Positions 23,201 to 34,340 of a stretch of DNA of 64,000 nucleotides are shown piece after piece. How positions within the stretch are numbered: the stretch's first letter is position 1; every line of letters begins with the position of its first letter. The stretch comes from Chrysemys picta bellii (Eukaryota), in the NCBI RefSeq assembly GCF_011386835.1, contig NC_088793.1, forward strand, positions 197,346,001 through 197,410,000, given 5' to 3'. The translations under genes were made by a program, and so were the position numbers. Under the pieces are notes generated by a model. It did not search any database, had not been told where the DNA came from, and saw only the letters and a list, made by a program, of their open reading frames with translations.

Positions 23201-23911
23201 CCCACTCTTGCTTTCCCTTTTAGCCCTGGGGCTGTGACTTTCACTGGCAGGGTTTTTCATACCGTTGAAAGCTGGAAGATAGTAAAGTTGTCAAAGTCTT
23301 TTGCTGCTCCTCATCCTTCCACCTTTCGTAAGACCGCTGAGGTGATGGCCCCCCCATGCACTGAGTTAGGCCTGCCAACATTCCACTGTCTTAATCAAAT
23401 ATTACTTTTTTACACAAGTTCTGACTCATAACAAAGGAGTAGTGTTAAAGATTTTTGACTCGGCTTAGTGTGTATGTTCTATGTGATGTGGGGGAAGCTC
23501 TGTTTTTCTAGTATGTGGGCCATATGCTCCTTCTCTCCTTGCTGCACTTGAGGAAGGCAGGGAAATACAGAGATGAGTGTTGTAAAAGGAGCCTGTGAAG
23601 TGAGCACTTTCTATTCTAAGGATTCTGTAGTACGGTCATTACAGTGAAAAGTTGTTCAGACACTGTCACTTCTTTAAAGTAATTAATTTTTTTTTCTTGT
23701 CTGTGCACTAAGGATATCTGGACTTCACATCCTCACAAACTAAAAGGATTGTATCCACACAGATGCTTTTGAATTTCTCATAACTGACCACTTATAAAAC
23801 TAATAAAATGATGTATTTATATCCATCTTGTGTTCAAATCTACACAGTCACCTTCTCATTCTCTCTGTAGACTCTTTACACCCTGACACCTGCAAAAAAA
23901 AAACCCAAACA

Positions 23912-25604
23912 AACTCCACTAGTAACCTCCTTCCAGCCTGACAGTTCACCTTTCAGTATGACCCGTTGTAGTCTCCCCTTTAACCAGTTCCTTATCCACC
24001 TTTTAATTTTCATATTGATCCCCATCTTTTCCAATTTAGCTAATAATTTCCCATATGGAACCATATCGAATACCTTACTGAAATCGAGGTAAATTAGATC
24101 CACTGCATTTCCTTTGTCTAAAAAATCTGTTACCTTCTCAAAGAAGGAGATCAGGTTGGTTTGGCACGATCTACCTTTTGTAAAACAATGTTGTATTTTG
24201 TCCCAATTACCATTGACCTCAATGTCCTTAACTACTTTCTCCTTCAGATTTTTTTCCAAGACCTTGCATACTACAGATGTCAAACTAACAGGCCTATAGT
24301 TACTCGGATCACTTTTTTTCCCTTTCTTAAAAATAGGAACTATGTTAGCAATTCTCCAGGCGTACGGTACAACCCCTGAATTTACTGATTAATTAAAAAT
24401 TCTTGCTAATGGGCTTGCAATTTCATGTGCCAGATCCTTTAGTATTTTTGGATGAAGATTATCTGGGCCCCCCGATTTAGTCGCATTAAGCTGTTCGAGT
24501 TTGGCTTCTACCTTGGATGTGGTAATATCTACCTCCATATCCTCATTCCCATTTGTCATCCTACCATTATCCCTAAGCTCCTCATTAAAGACTGAGGCAA
24601 AGTATTTGTTTAGATATTGGGCCATGCCTAGATTATCCTTAACCTCCACTCCATTCTCTGTGTTTAGCGGTCCTACTTCTTCTTTCTTTGTTTTCTTCTT
24701 ATTTATATGGCTATAGAACCTTTTACTATTGGTTTTAATTCCCTTTTCAAGGTCCAACTCTACATGGCTTTTGGCCTTTCTCACTTTATCCCAACATGTT
24801 CTGACCTCAATAAGGTAGCTTTCCTTGCTAATCCCTCCCATCTTCCACTCCTTGTAGGCTTTTTGCTTTTTCTTAATCACCTCTCTGAGATGCTTGCTCA
24901 TCCAGCTTGGTCTACAACTCCTGCCTATGATTTTTTTCCCATTTCTTGGGATGCAGGCTTCTGATAGTTTCTGCAACTTTGACTTGAAGTAATGCCAGGC
25001 CTCCTCCGCCTTTAGATCCACAAGTTCTTCAGTCCAATCCACTTCCCTAACTAAATTTCCTTAATTCTTTAAAGTTAGCCCTTTTAAAATCAAAAACCCT
25101 AGTCCCAGATCTATTTTTGTTTATCCTTCCATCTAGTTTGAACTGAATTAGCTCATGATCACTCGAACCAAGGTTGTCCCCTACAACCATTTCTTCTATG
25201 AGGTCCTCACTATTCACCAAAACCAAATCTAAAATGGCATCCCCTCTTGTTGGTTCTTCAACTACTTGGTGAAGGAATCCATCAGCTATCGCATCCAGGA
25301 AAATCTGAGCCCTATTATTATTACTAGCACTTGTCCTCCAATCTATATCTGGGAAGTTAGTCTCCCATGATCATACAATTCCCATTAGTTATTACTTCAA
25401 TAAAAACATCCATATCCAAATTGGATCCCGGTGGTCTGTAGCACACCCCAAGCACTATCTCAGGGGAGGCTCTAGTAGCTTTCTTTCCCAATGTGATTTT
25501 TGCCCAGACAGACTCTGTCTTATCCATTCCATCACTTCTTATTTCTTTACAGTCTACTTCATCATTGATATACAATGCTACTCCACCACCTTTGCCTTTA
25601 TTTC
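23912..25604 (-). mobile_element. CR1 LINE ORF2 internal fragment (endonuclease, tether, RT N-half), truncated at both ends
   Basis: GVCYRPP...MGD (EN), KSGGPDNLHPKILK (tether), GRSCQTNLISFF...IYLDFSKVFD...WKEVTSGV (RT); stops just before PQGS; no 3' tail. Confidence 0.95.
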
Positions 25605-25611
25605 TCTGTAT

Positions 25612-26881
25612 TTGTATGTAAAGTAAACAAGGTTTTCAAAATGTTTAAGAAGCTTCATTTAAAATTAAATTAAAGTGCTGATCTTAAGCCGCCGACCTGC
25701 TCAGCCCGCTGCCAGGCTAGGGTTCCGTTCACCTAGGCCGGCAGCGGGCTGAGCGGGGCCTGCGTCCGGAACCCCGGCTGGCAAGGGGCCGGCAGCCAGA
25801 ACCCCAGGTTGGCAGCGGGCTGAGCGGGGCCAGCGGCTGGGACCCCAGCTGGCAAGGGGCCGGCAGCCAGAACCCCAGACCGGCATTGGCCTGAGTGGGG
25901 CTGGGGGCCGGGACCCCAGAACAGCGGTGGGCTGAGCGGGGCCGGCACCCCAGACCAGTAGCAGGCCGAGCGGCTTAGCCCGTTGCTGGTCTGGGGTTCC
26001 GTCCGCTGGCTCCTGCCTGCCAGGGTCCTGGCTGCCAGCCCCGCTTAGCTCGCTGCCGTTCTGGGATTCTGGCTGCTGGCCCCTTGCCAGTTGGGGTCCC
26101 AGCCACTGGCCCCGCTCAGCCCGCTGCCAACCTAGTGCTCAGGGTGGGGATGTGGGGGGTGCAAGAGTCAGGGTATGGGGTGTGGGGGGGCTGGGTATGT
26201 GTGGAGGGTGCAGGAGTCAGGGATGGGGTCAGGGGGATGCAGGGAGCTGGGGTGCAAGGGGGGTGCAGGGGTCAGGGCGGAGGGCTGGGTGTGTGTGAGG
26301 GGGTGTAGGAATCAGGGATGGGGTTGTGGGAGGGGGATGCAGCAGTCAGGGCAGAGGGCTGGGGGTGGGTGGGCTGGGATCAGGGGGGTGTTCCCAGCCC
26401 CCTGAGCGGCTCATGGTAGGGGGCTGGAGGGATACGCCCCGCTCCTACCCCCTTCCCTCCCGCCTCTTCTCCGCCTCCTTACCGGTCTGAGCAGCGAGGG
26501 CGCTGGGGCTGCTCTTCTCCCCTCCCTCGCAAGGGCCATCGGCGGCAGGGAGGGAGAGGAGGCGGGGCTCGACGCAGCACGCTGATGGATGAGGCAGGGG
26601 AGGGGGAAGCTTGGCTGCCGGCGGAGCCTGCCCTACAGCAGCAGCCGGCAGGACCAAGCTTGCTTCTGCCCCTGCCAGAGAGAGCGGTAGGCGGGGGCGG
26701 AGAAGAGCGGGCTGGGTCGGGCAGGATTTTTAATGGCATGCTGCTGCCTGCCGAGGTCCGGCTCAGCCCGCTGCCGGGGTTCGGCGGCGGGCTGAGCGGG
26801 ACCCCGGCAGGCAGCAGCGTGCCATTAAAAATCGGCTCGCGTGCCGTCTTTGGCACGCGTGCCATAGGTTGCCGACCCCTG
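25612..26881. mobile_element. hAT-Charlie-type non-autonomous element (left end lost) with GC-rich minisatellite interior
   Basis: Right TIR AGGTTGCCGACCCCTG followed by GTCTAAGG (Charlie-like NTCTAGAN target); repeats of GGCTGAGCGGGGCC units in both orientations. Confidence 0.8.
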
Positions 26882-27002
26882 GTCTAAGGTAAAATCTGTA
26901 TAGTATAGGATAAAAGTACACAAAAGACCAGGTTTCACAGGGGAGACCAGATTTCACGGTCCGTGTCGTGTTTTTCACGGCTGTGATTTTGGTAGGGCCC
27001 TG
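26882..27002. mobile_element. Right end of a further hAT MITE
   Basis: GATTTCACGG subterminal repeats ending in TTTGGTAGGGCCCT. Confidence 0.7.
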
Positions 27003-27282
27003 TTTATAAACTGTCAACACCCCATGTCAAAGTATAAAAAATAAATATCCGTAAATCAACAAATCATAGCCGTTTCTACTATTTGTTCGTTAGCTTATTT
27101 GTAACCAACCTAATTCAAAAGTCTAAATCACTGGATTTTGACTCTAATTTCTCAGGCAGCATTTTTCTTTTATTGACTATCTGTAAATTTCAATTATCCA
27201 TGGAAATAATTTTTCATGGTTTGTATCTGTAATCGACATTCGCTGATATTTACCAGTTAAAAATATAAACATTCCAAGCCTA
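27003..27282. mobile_element. AT-rich non-autonomous DNA element end, same family as 14030-14340
   Basis: Homologous to the 14 kb copy; ends in TTCCAAGCCTA. Confidence 0.6.
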
Positions 27283-28693
27283 TATAAACCCCTCCGACAC
27301 TCCTCTCAGCTTGAGATCCTACTGTCTGATCTGGATTTCCCAACGCTTTTTTCCCCTCTCTTCTGTATTCTGGATTGCCATTTTCCACATTCTAGTCCCT
27401 AGACCCTCCATCTCTGTCTAAACTGCTTTTTTGCATCATCCTTTTAATTTATTAGGACCAAGGTTAGTATATGCTAATCCTTTTCTAGGGTGCTTCCATA
27501 AGGAACTATAACAAAACTTGATTAACCACTATTCAGTTAAATTCATTTTAAAACTTTAATTATATATGGTCTGTTCTCCAGTTAAAATTAGTTGTCTAGT
27601 ACTGATGTCAAACAGCTCTCTTGTGCCACCCCAGAGGCATGTTCACTTCAGTCACAGAAATGGAGATACAAAACTTAAAGGGAGAAGACGTGCTTGAGAT
27701 TTGGACTTAACCTTTCCTTCCCTGTTCTCCCCTTCCCACACCATTTTGTTTGTGTTGGACAGTGTGACATTTCCTGAATGTCTTGCTGCCAATTCAAGTT
27801 CAGTGTAGCAAAAATTGAACTAGTTATGGAGTGGTGGGTAGTATGAAAATAGGCAGGACTACTGGAATAATTCTGTTTTTTTTTTTTTAAATCTGTGATT
27901 GTGTAGGTGACTCTATTTGTTTGGGATCCTTGAGGATGAAAGTGCTGTAGAAATGTAGATTATCAATCATAACAAATATACACTAGCTTTGCAAATTTGT
28001 TATGAGAACACAGACTAAGCATGGAAGTGTACTTTTCCACCTATGGAAGAAATTACATGCCCATCAAAATGACAGTCTCTAGGTGAATGGTCAAACAGAA
28101 CTTTTTTGAAGTGTTTTTTTTTTTTTTTTTGGTGGTATTGCTACCTTTCTGTGTTCCATCAGGCAGGTATTGTTGTGTGGGCAAAGCTCAAACCCTACTT
28201 AATTTTAGAATATTAAGGAAAATTATCAATTCCATTTGCCCACCATTTTGCCTCAGTAAGTCATCACCAGTCCTAGTACTCAATGTCTAGTTGAAAAGAC
28301 TGTGTGTGTGTGACCTCTACTGTGGAGGCTGCACGTGTGTATTTGAATTAGTTGGTAGAAGGTTCTTGGTGCCAAATGCACTGATCTGGTTTTTTCCTTG
28401 GAGAAGTTTTGCTTCTGCCACAAATCTAGTCTTCAACAAAAGGCTTTCCTAGGTTGCTGTATGGCTAGAGTTGTCCTTTATAGTAGCACAGTGCATTTTA
28501 AATACACCATCATTGTAATGTATATTGAGTTTACACTGTAACATGTCCAAGATAACCATCTAGGGAAGCTTCCTTTTCTACAGCAATTCAGTTACTTGCT
28601 GTACAAAGTTCCATAGATGATTTTTTTTTTTTTTTTTTTTTTGTCCAGGTGAGTGTTGTCAGTCCAATGATACTGAGTTTTGGATATATGAAG

Positions 28694-28983
28694 CAGGGTT
28701 GGCTCCAGCTTTTCTGCCACCCCAAGCGGCAAAAAAAATAAAATAAAAGAAGATGAGTGGCAGCACTTCAGCGGCAGCTAAATCGCACCGTTTCTTCGGC
28801 GGCAGTTTGGCGGCGGGTCCTCCCTCTCTTCCTCTTAGGCGGCAATTCGGCAGCAGCTCAAAGAGGAAGAAAGGGAATGAGGGACCCACTGCTGAATTGG
28901 CGCCTAAGACCCGGACGTGCTGCCCCGTTGAATTGGCCGCCCCAAGCACCTGCTTCCCATGCTGGTGCCTGGAGCCGGCCCTG
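28694..28983. mobile_element. hAT MITE, 290 bp
   Basis: TIRs CAGGGTTGGCTCCAG / CTGGAGCCGGCCCTG; perfect 8-bp TSD ATATGAAG (28686-28693, 28984-28991). Confidence 0.95.
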
Positions 28984-29041
28984 ATATGAAGTCATGGTAT
29001 GCGTATGTATCTTACTCTGTGGCCTGTTCTTATGTTTTTAG

Positions 29042-29162
29042 GATTCCCCCTTTACAAATGCAGGAATGGGATCTAACCTAAACCTTTTGGGTGAGATAGA
29101 ATGTGATGCCAGTATAATGGATGGAAAGTCATTAAATTTTGGAGCAGTTGGAGCACTGAGTG
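29042..29162 (+). CDS. TASP1: Taspase 1 exon 5: [40 protein letters not shown](G)
   Basis: 121 nt, tttttAG|...G|gtatgt; asparaginase-2 family motifs NAGxGS and ECDASIMDG. Confidence 0.98.
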
Positions 29163-29335
29163 GTATGTTAACTGTATACTATAAAGCATAAAAACAGTTC
29201 ATGTTTAAAGATGGTTAATGCTTTCCCTTGAGAGAAGGAGAGCTCTCAATTTCACTCCGAAAACTCCCACTGAAGTCAATGGAAGGAGGATTGGGCCCAT
29301 AATTACTATAAAACTCTGTAATTTGCTTTTAAGTA

Positions 29336-29370
<35 letters not shown>

Positions 29371-30604
29371 CATTCTAGTTTGTCATGAAGGTAATTCAGT
29401 CTCTGGTCCTGTAAGGTGCGCCCATGGATACAGGTTTGTTCAAGTGGAGCACCTTTTAGGCTTGGGGCCTTGGCTATGCTGCAAAGTATAGTGTTGAGAT
29501 GCTAATAGAATATGTAAAATGAAACAATAATATGGCTTAATCTGCTTTTACAGTCTGTCTACTTGCAGACTTGATTTAATTCAATGTTATGGTGTGTAAG
29601 TGTACACTTTTACATTTCATTTGAAACATACAATATTTGACACAACTTTTCCAGAGCTGTCTGAGATAGACATTTGTTGTTACTCTCACTGGCTAAGGCA
29701 TATTGAGTTTAAGATTTTTTTTGTCACAACTCTGACGTAAAAAGTGAGAAAAATGGTTTACAAAATGTGTTCCTCTAACGCTAGTGCAGCTCTCAGTGTG
29801 ATGAGAAAATGAATCTTGCTGTTAACACAGCATCTCTGTTTTGGTCAATTTAAAATGTCTCTTCACTTGTAGAATCCTATGAAACACATTTTTAAAGAGA
29901 CAGCATCAAGTTGGTTCGAGCCTCAAAACACCTGAGATGTTGAAAAATATCATAGAAAGTGTGCTACTGACTTACACACTTTTACAAGGGGCATTATAGA
30001 TTTTTCTGTCTTTGAAAGTGAATACATGTAGTAAAACCAGGGGAGGCTATTGAGGACTGCAAAATGTCCTGTTTTGTTTTTCCTCCATATCATTAAAGCT
30101 GATAATCATAGAAATGGAGAAATAAATGAGCAAACATCTCTGAGAATCAGGAAGAGGATCACTCTGAACCTATTGCCTTCTCTTGTAGCTGTTTTAAAGG
30201 TGACTGCAAAAGACTTTGAGAAAGCATGGACTTCTCTTTTTATTTTTTAAACTGCTTCATGATTTATAGGAGGCCTAAAAAGAAGTGTCCCTTTCTTGCT
30301 ACAGTGTTTGCCCCCCTTCCCTCTCAACTTTGAATTTTTGGACTCTTGTAGTGGGGCAGTCACATTTCAGTGCACTACTAAAGAAAATGCTAACTTTAAC
30401 AGCAAGTGCCAAGCCTTTCTACAGTTATCAATTTACCATCATATTGAGATCTCTGATATTGCAGGCAATGTCTTTTGCCTTAACAAATGTCATGCAAACT
30501 TGTAATATCAACAGGAAACTGAATTCCTAATGTTGGTTAGTGAAAATAAACCCTGCAACAGTTGTGAAACAACATTTTAAATTTTTGTTCCCATTTCTTT
30601 TCAG

Positions 30605-30689
30605 GAATCAAGAATCCTGTTTCAGTTGCAAATAGGTTGTTGTGTGAAGGGCAGAAGGGAAAACTCTCTGCTGGCAGAATTCCACCTTG
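30605..30689 (+). CDS. TASP1: Taspase 1 exon 6: GIKNPVSVANRLLCEGQKGKLSAGRIPP(C)
   Basis: 85 nt, ttttcAG|...TG|gtaatt; IKNPV motif. Confidence 0.97.
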
Positions 30690-31510
30690 GTAATTGCTTT
30701 GTTCTGCTTGACTTTCTTTTAGCCTTTGGTCTTTTAATGAATGCAATATTTGAAGGTTATTCTTATCCACAGAAGGCTGATGCTGTTTGTTACACATGAG
30801 CAATAGCATGCCTCTAAAAGGAAGACTTGCTTTGTTCTCTCATCTTGGAACATATTATTGTTCACTTGGTGCAGCTGTGAATAGAATGAAATATTGTGGA
30901 TAGAAGATGATACTATGTTGAGTGTTAATTTCTTTCTTCATGGCTGTTGACACAGATTTGTACTATTACTAAGTTCTTATTCCTAATTTGATTTTTAAGA
31001 AGTCCTGTAAACTTGTCAGTTAAAATAACTTTTTTTCTAAGAAAACTGTTTGCCTTTTCTTATGAAAAGATACGTTTTTTCTAAGGGTTAAACTTAAGAT
31101 TTGTGTAGAGTTAAAAGAATAATGGATTTTGAAATCCTTTATCTTACTCTCTGTCTTTATGGTGACTCCATCTTTTAACCTAAAGTTGGAAAATAAAGAT
31201 TACAACGTTTTGTTAACCAAATGAGTTATCCTATCCAAAGGGGAAACGGTTTATTAAAGATGCAGCTGAACAATGTAGAGCATCATTACAATGCATTAAA
31301 AATGCAATATTTTTCTTAATATAAATCTGTCTAAATGTTGAAGAGGGAAGATGAAATACCTTGCAGACTTTAAGTAGCATACATATTTTGAAAGGAAGTT
31401 AACTGCGCTTCTCAATAGCGCATCAGGTAACAGTGAAATCAGGAGACAATGCTAAGAGCTAGTGTATGAAAAAGCAAACTTTAAAATCTCAGTTAATCAA
31501 AAATACTACT

Positions 31511-31675
31511 TAAACTGCCAGATGCTGGGACTGGATGACAGGGGATGGATCACTTGATAATTGCCCTGTTCTGTTCATTCCCTTTGAAGCATCTGGCATT
31601 GGGCACTGTTGGAAGACAGGATATTGTTTTAGATAGATGTTAGGTCTGATCCAGTATGGACGTTCTTATGTTCTA
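31511..31675 (+). mobile_element. CR1 3' UTR fragment
   Basis: ggggatggatcacttgataattgccctgttctgttcattccc...ctgatccagtatgg.cgttcttatgttct, a CR1 3' end. Confidence 0.85.
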
Positions 31676-32332
31676 AATTCCATCTTATTCCCTGCATTTA
31701 CTAAGGCTTATAAACATGGGTATAACTATTGACAGCCAATTAAAATATTTATTTCCAGAGTTCTAAAGTCTTTTAGTAACTGCTGCTTGCATGCACAGAC
31801 ATGCTGCCTAGTATCTTACTATTGTAATACAATTGTTGTCACTGGCCAAGTGAAACATCAGTATTTCAGACATGGTTTTTCAAATCTTTTTCAAATTCAG
31901 CAGATTCATCAAATGTTTTGCAAAAACATCCAGCGTCTGAAACTGCCTGTGATCTTTATCCTGGGAAATATAGGTGAAAGGAAACTGATTGTCAGAAATC
32001 ATTTATTGCATACCCTTTAATATTCTGAAACCTGCTTAACTGGAAATGTATTTCCATTTTATCCCTATTAATTTTGATGTATGTGAGTCTTCAAAGTTAT
32101 CAGCAGTATAAAAAAGGGACTGGTTGTAAGAAATAAACTTATTTCATGTCTCATAACTACATGTCCTCTCTCATAGTAAAACTACGCAAAGGGTCAACTC
32201 TGCAGTTAGTGGGGACTTTCTTTCAAAAGCAGATAGTTTGCCATTTAAAAGCCACCAAACCAAACAATTTGCCCAGGAAGAAGCACTTGTTAGTGTTTTT
32301 TTTGTTTAAATTCCTTCTTCTGTGTGTTCTAG

Positions 32333-32412
32333 CTTTTTGGTTGGTGAAGGAGCTTACAGATGGGCAGTTGATCATGGGATACCAGCATGTTCACCAGGTA
32401 TCATGACTACAA
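32333..32412 (+). CDS. TASP1: Taspase 1 exon 7: CFLVGEGAYRWAVDHGIPACSPGIMTT(R)
   Basis: 80 nt, gttctAG|...A|gtgagt; LVGEGA motif. Confidence 0.97.
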
Positions 32413-33489
32413 GTGAGTAAACTGGTTGTGTGAGTAGGAGGAACAGGTCAGAGTGACTTTAAAAATGGTTTCATATTTTGAAGTGCATTTCACTTCACTG
32501 GTATCAGTCATGGTACATAAGGATGTTTTAATTTCTAATATTCTGTAGAACTTGGATAATTAACCTTTATAATTAAAACTTTAGCTCCATTTTAGGTCAA
32601 TAAGTAATGCAAATCAGTGACGTAATGTATATAAACATCAAGAAGTTTCCTGTCTAAAGTTGCTGATACTCAAATAATCAAACAATGATACCCTCCAGAA
32701 CTAAGACAGCATTATACTTGATCGTATTAACTATTATACAGATCCACAATATATTTCATTTTCCAGATAATTTGATTCATAGGCCTTGCTGAATGAAACT
32801 TTGTAACAACGTTTCCAGTTTCTAAAAAAACAAAGGTCTTGACAAATTTCTTTGGCTTGATTAGACAGAATATTTTTACACTCCTTGTTTCCTTTTTCTA
32901 AAGTCAATGGGGTTTAAGAGTATTATATACAGCAGCTGCCACATAGTCATAGGAGATAGTCAAGGAGGCTTCTTACACTAACTCTATGCCTACCTAAAAT
33001 TTCCTTTGTTGCTAGCACCATTGGAAGAAGCAACAGTGAGTGTTCAAGTGTTGACTGCCAAATGGCATTAAGCGCTGTCATAAAATGGCTTAGAGCAGAT
33101 CTAGATGCCACTGGTTAAAAATGCTCATGGCCACTGTGACCTTGTCTTAGCTTATCAAAACTTCAGGACAATAAGCTTAGCAGAGGCAAAGCTTAAATAA
33201 CATCAGGGATTCCATATCACCTCAGCACAGTCTCAATATGCGTGTGTATATATAGTAAGGAAAACTTCAGTATAAATGGTTAAAGTCTGGCAAAGTTATA
33301 CACAACTGAAAACAAGCTCTTATGAAGTGTCTGCAACCTTAATAGGTGGTGCTACCAGCCCCACCTATAAAATTGCACATACCATACATACAAGCTGAAA
33401 ATGAATGAATTTTGGAGCCAAAGGCAGATTGGGAGATAGTTTAATGTATCCGATCTGGTTGAGTTCCTGTGTTGGACGGAACTCACTAG

Positions 33490-34340
33490 ACTGCTGCGAT
33501 GGGAATCCACCTTACTGAGCCCTGTGTGACTTTTAGCCTCCAGAGTCTTAAGAGTCCAGGCACCAACCCCTGGCTTGTACCCTGAGTGTGTGCCTAGAGG
33601 TCCATCTCCTCTCCCTAACACCCCTTTCTGAGGGATGAGACCCTGAGGTCCAACTGCCTCATCCCTGGGACCAATGCTGACCCCTCAGGGTCCCCTGTAG
33701 GTTAAACATACCTTCTCCCAGAACTGCAGCTGTGTAGGCATTCTGGGTTTACAACTCACTTCTTCAGGATAGTGAAAGCCAACAGAGACAGACAGACTTG
33801 GCATGGGATTCCAAAATACCATTGCTCTTTGCTTAATAGCACAAGAAATAGATCTACACAAAATAATAAACTCACCTGTATACTATTTCCCTGTGTCAGG
33901 TTCTTTGATACTCTGGTGAGCTCTCAGGCCTTGAGCAGAGCTGTCTGGGATCCTTTCCCTGCCACTTCTGACTTCCCTTCAGAAACATGGAGCCTCTCTA
34001 GGTTAGGTAGGTTTCTCTGACCTTGGCTGGTCTCCAGTTAAACGGGACACCCTGCTGCAAAAGCCTGCCCATCTCTTATCCTTTCCTACCCAAAGCTTCC
34101 TGTTCCTGTTTGTGAATTTCTCAAGTTTGTATGTCCCCCCCCACCAACACCTTGTTCCTTTGTTCTGCTGCTTATGTTTCTCCACTCTTGACTTCACCAG
34201 CCCTTTGCAGACAAGGTAGAGGAAATATCTTTTTCCAGCTCCAGCCAGCCTCCTTGGGTGAGCATACAGTCCATTGTCCCTCATCTGGTAGTTACATGCT
34301 TCACCCATGTCAGCAAGTGGTGGATACAACATCCACAGTC
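33490..34340. mobile_element. Probable degenerate solo LTR
   Basis: LTR-like composition, GC-richer than the flanks; possible TG...CA ends; no TSD verified. Confidence 0.35.

Noticed and set aside
24389-25042. 217-aa ORF as a host gene
   Set aside because: CR1 ORF2 tether region, colinear with flanking EN and RT fragments.
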